DNA from: Planctomycetota bacterium
GTDB lineage: Bacteria; Planctomycetota; PLA2; JAEUHO01
Direction: 5' to 3'
DNA: 64,000 bases
Assembly: GCA_965223505.1 (NCBI GenBank)
Contig: CBDCWP010000039.1
Location: forward strand, 304,523 to 368,522
Position numbers and translations under genes: made by a program. Positions 59,334-64,000 of this stretch are shown here, one piece after another. The notes beneath the pieces are model-generated. The model saw only the letters and a list, made by a program, of their open reading frames with translations. It had not been told where the DNA came from and made no database searches. How positions within the stretch are numbered: position 1 is the first letter of the stretch; each line of letters begins with the position of its first letter.

Positions 59334-60599
59334 ATGAACGCCCCCGAGTCCCCGGCACCTACCGCGCCTCCCAAACCGCAGGGCGCGAACCCGGAATTCG
59401 GCCCCGAGATCCGCCTCGACACGGGTGACGACCTCGGCGAGCGCATGGTCCTGAACATGGGCCCGCAGCATCCGTCGACCCACGGCGTGCTGCGCATCGT
59501 GCTCGAGATCGACGGCGAGCGCGTCATCTCCGCCACGCCCGACGTCGGCTACCTCCACCGCGGGATGGAGAAGCTCGGCGAGAGCCTCGGCTACCACCGC
59601 TTCATTCCCTACACCGACCGGCTCGACTACCTCGCGCCGCTGTCGAACAACTGCTCCATCGCGCTGGCCGGCGAGCGCATCTGCGGGATCGAGGCGCCGC
59701 CTCGCGCCAACGCGATTCGCGTCATCTGCTGCGAGCTGGCCCGGATCTCCAGCCACCTGCTCGGCCTCGGCGCCTACTCGATGGACGTCGGCGCCATGAC
59801 CGTGTTCCTCTACACGTTCACGGAGCGCGAGCGCCTCTACAACTTTTTCGAGTATCTGACCGGCGCCCGCTTCACGACGACCTACACCCGCGTCGGCGGC
59901 GTCGCGCGCGATGCCGAGGACGGCTGGCTGCGCGAGGTGCGCGAGTTCTGCGACACGTTCCACGAGAAGGTGGACACGTGGGAGAACCTGCTCACGAACA
60001 ACCGCATCTGGCGCATCCGCAACGAAGGCGTCGGCGTCGTCGACAAGGACATGGCGCTGTCGTACGGCCTGACGGGTCCGGTGCTGCGCGGTTCCGGCAT
60101 CGGCTACGACGTCCGCAAGGACCGCCCGTACTTCGGCTACGAGGACTACGACTTCGAGATTCCCGTCGGCGAACACGGCGACGCGTACGACCGCTACCTC
60201 GTGCGTCTCGCCGAGATGCGCCAGTCGGCGCGCCTCGTCGTCCAGGCGATCGACAAGATCCCGGACGGCCCGATCCTGGCCGACGAGCCCAAGTTCGTCC
60301 TGCCCGAGAAGTACGACGTGCTCACGGGCATGGAGCAGCTGATCCACCAGTTCATGCTCGTCACCGGCGAGATGGACACCCCCAAGGGCGAGATCCACTC
60401 GTACATCGAGAACCCCAAGGGCGAGCACGGCTACTACGTCCGCTCGGAAGGCGGCGCGGCGCCCTGGCGCCTCAAGATGCGCGCGCCCTCGTTCGTGAAC
60501 CTCCAGGTGCTGAAGGAGATCCTGCCCGGCTGCCTGCTGGCCGACATCGTCGCCATCCTGGGCTCGATCGACTTCGTGATGGGAGAGTGCGACAAGTGA
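59334..60599 (+). CDS. nuoD: NADH-quinone oxidoreductase subunit D
   Basis: NMGPQHPSTHGVLR, GYLHRG, GECDK. Confidence 0.97.
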   Translation: MNAPESPAPTAPPKPQGANPEFGPEIRLDTGDDLGERMVLNMGPQHPSTHGVLRIVLEIDGERVISATPDVGYLHRGMEKLGESLGYHRFIPYTDRLDYLAPLSNNCSIALAGERICGIEAPPRANAIRVICCELARISSHLLGLGAYSMDVGAMTVFLYTFTERERLYNFFEYLTGARFTTTYTRVGGVARDAEDGWLREVREFCDTFHEKVDTWENLLTNNRIWRIRNEGVGVVDKDMALSYGLTGPVLRGSGIGYDVRKDRPYFGYEDYDFEIPVGEHGDAYDRYLVRLAEMRQSARLVVQAIDKIPDGPILADEPKFVLPEKYDVLTGMEQLIHQFMLVTGEMDTPKGEIHSYIENPKGEHGYYVRSEGGAAPWRLKMRAPSFVNLQVLKEILPGCLLADIVAILGSIDFVMGECDK

Positions 60600-61138
60600 C
60601 CCCCCGCGCACCCGCCGCAACGCACAAGGACGTCGAGGCGCGCAAGGACGCGCCGACGCCGGTGGACTTCCCGCCCGAGGAGATCAAGCAGAAGTGCGAC
60701 GACATCGTCGCCCGCTACCCGACGCGCATGGCGGCGCTGCTGCCGGTCCTGCACGTCGCGCAGCGTCACTACGACAACTGGGTCAGCCCCGAGGTGGAAG
60801 CCGGCGTCGCCGCCTACCTCGGGATCTCCGACGCGCACGTGCGCGGCGTCCTCAGCTTCTACGCGATGTACAACACGAAGCCCGCCGGCAAGCACGAGGT
60901 GTGGGTCTGCCGCACGCTCACCTGTTGGCTGCGCGGCGCGCAGAAGCTGCGCGCGAAGGCGCTCGAGGTCGCGGGTGTCGAGGGCACGAAGCAGCCGAGC
61001 GAAGACGGCCGCTTCCTCGTCAAGGACATGGAGTGCCTCGGGTTGTGCGAGGTCGCGCCCGTGGCGTTCGTGGGTGATCGCGAGCTCGTCGACGTGACGC
61101 CCGAGAAGCTCGCCGAGGCCATGGAGGCTTGCGACTAG
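60596..61138 (+). CDS. nuoE: NADH-quinone oxidoreductase subunit E
   Basis: SFYAMY, CRTLTC, ECLGLC; GTGA overlap with nuoD. Confidence 0.93.
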   Translation: MTPRAPAATHKDVEARKDAPTPVDFPPEEIKQKCDDIVARYPTRMAALLPVLHVAQRHYDNWVSPEVEAGVAAYLGISDAHVRGVLSFYAMYNTKPAGKHEVWVCRTLTCWLRGAQKLRAKALEVAGVEGTKQPSEDGRFLVKDMECLGLCEVAPVAFVGDRELVDVTPEKLAEAMEACD

Positions 61139-61163
61139 GAACGTCGAAGCCGGGAACCGAGGG

Positions 61164-62630
61164 ATGGCAGCAAAGAAGAAAGCAGCGAAGAAGAAGACGG
61201 CGGCGCCCAAGAAGGCGTCGGCCCGCAAGAAGTCTGCCGCCGAGTCGTCGTCCAAGCAGAAGGGCGGCCGCTATCCCGAGACCAAGATCCTCTCGCGCAA
61301 CTTCGACGTGAAGGACGCCCACACGCTGAAGGTCGCGCTCGAGCGCGGCGCCTACCAGAACCTGAAGCGCGCCATGGAGACGATGACCCCCGACGAGGTC
61401 ATCGAGGAGGTCAAGACCAGCCGTCTGCGCGGCCGCGGGGGCGCCGGCTTCCCGACGGGCGTGAAGTGGAGCTTCATCCCCAAGGAGTCCGACAAGCCCA
61501 AGTACATCGTGCTCAACGCCGACGAGAGCGAGCCCGGCACCTTCAAGGACCGCTGGCTCATGGAGCGCGATCCGCACCTGGTGCTCGAGGGCTGCCTCAT
61601 CTGCGCCTACGCCACCGGCGTCTCGAAGATCTGGATCTACATCCGCGGCGAGTACCTGCGCTGCATCGAGCGGATGGAGAACGCGATCGTCGAGGCGCGC
61701 GAGGCCGGCATCATCAGTGACGGCGCCAATCCGGTCACGGTCGACGGCGTCTCCGTCGAGGGCTTCGTCTGCGAAGCGGACGTGCACCCCGGCGCCGGTG
61801 CGTACATCTGCGGCGAAGAGACCGGCATGCTCGAGTCGCTCGAGGGCAAGCGCGGCCACCCGCGCATCAAGCCGCCCTTCCCGGCCATCGAGGGCGCGTT
61901 CGCCTGCCCGACGGTCGTCAACAACGTCGAGACGCTGGCGCACGTGCCGTGGATCATCGAGAACGGCGGCCAGGCGTTCGCCGACCAGGGCATCCCGCCG
62001 GATCCGGACAACCCCAAGAGCAACGGCTCGACGGGCACGAAGCTGTTCGGCGTCTCCGGCGACGTGAAGAACCCGGGCGTCTGGGAGTTCGAGTTCGGCA
62101 TCACGGTCAAGGAGCTGCTCTACGACTACGCCGGCGGACCCGCGGACGGTCGCTCGATCAAGGCCGTCATTCCGGGCGGGCTCTCGATGCCGGTGCTCAA
62201 AGGCGACGAGCTCGACGTGCCGATGGGCTTCGACGACCTCGTCAAGGTCGAGAGCGGCCTCGGCACCGCGTGCGCCATCGTCATGGACGACACGTGCGAC
62301 ATGGTCGAAGCCGCCGAGAACATCGCCCACTTCTTCGCCGACGAGTCCTGCGGGCAGTGCACGCCCTGCCGCGAGGGCTGCCACTGGATGGAGAAGATCT
62401 TCCGCAAGTTCAACGCGAACCAGGGCACGCGCGCGGAGCTCGACCTCCTCGAGAGCCTGTTCGTGAACATCGAGGGCCGCACGATCTGCGCTCTCGCCGA
62501 CGCCGCCGTCTGGCCGCTGCGTTCGATCATCCGCAAGTTCCGCGACGAGTTCGTCGCGAAGATGACGCCCGAGGAGCAGGAAGCGGAGCGCGCCGCAAAC
62601 GAAGAGGCGTTCGTGGGGGCCGGTAGCTGA
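61164..62630 (+). CDS. nuoF: NADH-quinone oxidoreductase subunit F
   Basis: LRGRGGAGF, NADESEPGTFKD, ESCGQCTPCREG. Confidence 0.97.
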   Translation: MAAKKKAAKKKTAAPKKASARKKSAAESSSKQKGGRYPETKILSRNFDVKDAHTLKVALERGAYQNLKRAMETMTPDEVIEEVKTSRLRGRGGAGFPTGVKWSFIPKESDKPKYIVLNADESEPGTFKDRWLMERDPHLVLEGCLICAYATGVSKIWIYIRGEYLRCIERMENAIVEAREAGIISDGANPVTVDGVSVEGFVCEADVHPGAGAYICGEETGMLESLEGKRGHPRIKPPFPAIEGAFACPTVVNNVETLAHVPWIIENGGQAFADQGIPPDPDNPKSNGSTGTKLFGVSGDVKNPGVWEFEFGITVKELLYDYAGGPADGRSIKAVIPGGLSMPVLKGDELDVPMGFDDLVKVESGLGTACAIVMDDTCDMVEAAENIAHFFADESCGQCTPCREGCHWMEKIFRKFNANQGTRAELDLLESLFVNIEGRTICALADAAVWPLRSIIRKFRDEFVAKMTPEEQEAERAANEEAFVGAGS

Positions 62631-64000
62631 TGCCTACGATCACGATCGACGGCAAGGAGCTCGAATTCGAGCAGGGGCAGACCGTCATCCAGGTCGCGCA
62701 CGCGGCCGGGATCGACGTGCCGCACTACTGCTACCACCCCGGCCTCTCCATCGCCGGCAACTGCCGCATCTGCATGGTCGAGGTCGAGGGCTGGAACGGC
62801 CCACAGATCTCCTGCAAGCTCGGCGCGTCGGACGGCATGGTCGTTCACACGGAGAGCGAGGTCGCCAAGCAGGGCCAGGCGGGCACGATGGAGATGCTCC
62901 TCGTGAACCACCCGCTCGACTGTCCGATCTGCGATCAGGCCGGCGAGTGCCACCTGCAGGACTACAGTTACGAGCTCGGCCACGGCAAGAGCCGCGCGAC
63001 CACGCCGAAGACGCACCTGCCGAAGAACGTGCCATTCGGCGAGAACATCGTCTACGACGCCGAGCGCTGCATCAAGTGCACCCTCTGCGTGCGCTTCTGC
63101 GAGGAGATCACGGACACGCACGAGCTCGCGATGGGCGACCGCAGCGACAACGAGATCGTGATCATGAGCTCCAAGGGCGAGTTCCAGAGCAACTACTCCA
63201 TGAACATCGTCGACATCTGCCCGGTCGGAGCGCTCACGTCGCGCGACTTCCGGTTCCAGAGCCGGCTGTGGTTCATGGACTTCACCGCGTCGATCTGCAC
63301 CGGTTGCGCGCGCGGCTGCAACGTCACGATCGGCGGACGCGGCGGGCGCTTCATGCGCATGGAGCCGCGCGAGAACCAGGACGTCAACCGTTGGTGGATG
63401 TGCGACCCGGGCCGTCTCGGCTACGGGCACGTCAACAGCGAGTCGCGCCTCGCGACGCCCGCCATCCGCGGCAAGGACGGCGAGTGGCGCGCCGCCAACT
63501 GGGAAGAGGCGCTCACGTTTGCGTTCGGCGCGTTGGCCGGGCGCTCGAGCGACGACGTGCTCGTCGACGGCGGCTGTTCGCTCGAGGAGATGCAGGCGGC
63601 GAAGTGGCTCGCGGCGTCGCTTGGCGGCGACGCGTGCTTCGCGGCCGCGACCGGCGACGACGCCGACGACTTCCTGATCGTCAACGAAAAGGGCGCGAAC
63701 GCGGTCGGCGGCGAGATGCTCGGCCTCGGGCGCGTCAACGAGCCCGGCAAGGCGGCCGTGCTCATCGTCGAGCGCGACGCGAACGTCCCCGCCGCGCTGC
63801 GCGATGCCAGCGAGGCCGTCGTGGTCTTCGTGTCGGACGCCGCGCACGCGCCGGCCTCCGCGCGGGTCGCGTTCCCGTTCGGCACCTGGGCCGAGCGCGA
63901 CGGCCTCATGGTCAACATCGACGGCAAGGTGCAGCAGATGCGGGCCGCCGAGAAGGTGGGGCCCGGCAACCTGATGCCCGCGATCGAGGTTTTCGAAGAG
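62630..64000 (+). CDS. nuoG: NADH-quinone oxidoreductase subunit G (runs off the window end)
   Basis: MPTITIDG, PHYCYHP, GNCRICMVE, NHPLDCPICDQAGEC. Confidence 0.95.
   Translation, partial: MPTITIDGKELEFEQGQTVIQVAHAAGIDVPHYCYHPGLSIAGNCRICMVEVEGWNGPQISCKLGASDGMVVHTESEVAKQGQAGTMEMLLVNHPLDCPICDQAGECHLQDYSYELGHGKSRATTPKTHLPKNVPFGENIVYDAERCIKCTLCVRFCEEITDTHELAMGDRSDNEIVIMSSKGEFQSNYSMNIVDICPVGALTSRDFRFQSRLWFMDFTASICTGCARGCNVTIGGRGGRFMRMEPRENQDVNRWWMCDPGRLGYGHVNSESRLATPAIRGKDGEWRAANWEEALTFAFGALAGRSSDDVLVDGGCSLEEMQAAKWLAASLGGDACFAAATGDDADDFLIVNEKGANAVGGEMLGLGRVNEPGKAAVLIVERDANVPAALRDASEAVVVFVSDAAHAPASARVAFPFGTWAERDGLMVNIDGKVQQMRAAEKVGPGNLMPAIEVFEE

Overview
High-GC bacterial chromosomal window. The groEL-groES-groEL-dnaJ-grpE-FmdB-yacG gene order and the CRTAC1/ASPIC-UnbV lipoprotein suggest Planctomycetota (inference). 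Bases 1131-10922 are a ~9.8 kb genomic island integrated in tRNA-Phe(GAA), bounded by a 45-bp att repeat with matching arm-like motifs at both ends. The island carries: a tyrosine integrase with Ser in place of the first catalytic Arg; a ~770-nt non-coding stretch rich in nested helices (candidate large structured RNA, or an invertible promoter); two tandem paralogous ~110-aa beta-sandwich proteins; a Cys-rich gene split by a 180-bp-period duplication; a lipoprotein; a four-gene element with two DDE transposases; an AbiTii-like remnant; and a 522-bp transposase-less cassette with an 8-bp TSD. The rest is mostly housekeeping (ribF, GMC oxidoreductase pair, asnB, chaperones, queE, der, Dpp-type ABC transporter, lon, nuoA-G). 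Oddities there: a circularly permuted DppA-like binding protein, a synonymously diverged duplicate of the dppC 3' end, a 159-bp tandem array of the nuoC 3' end interrupted by a 1.5-kb degenerate palindrome (possibly an assembly artefact), GTAG-type REPs and hexamer tracts. All calls come from reading the sequence; no database search or folding program was run.
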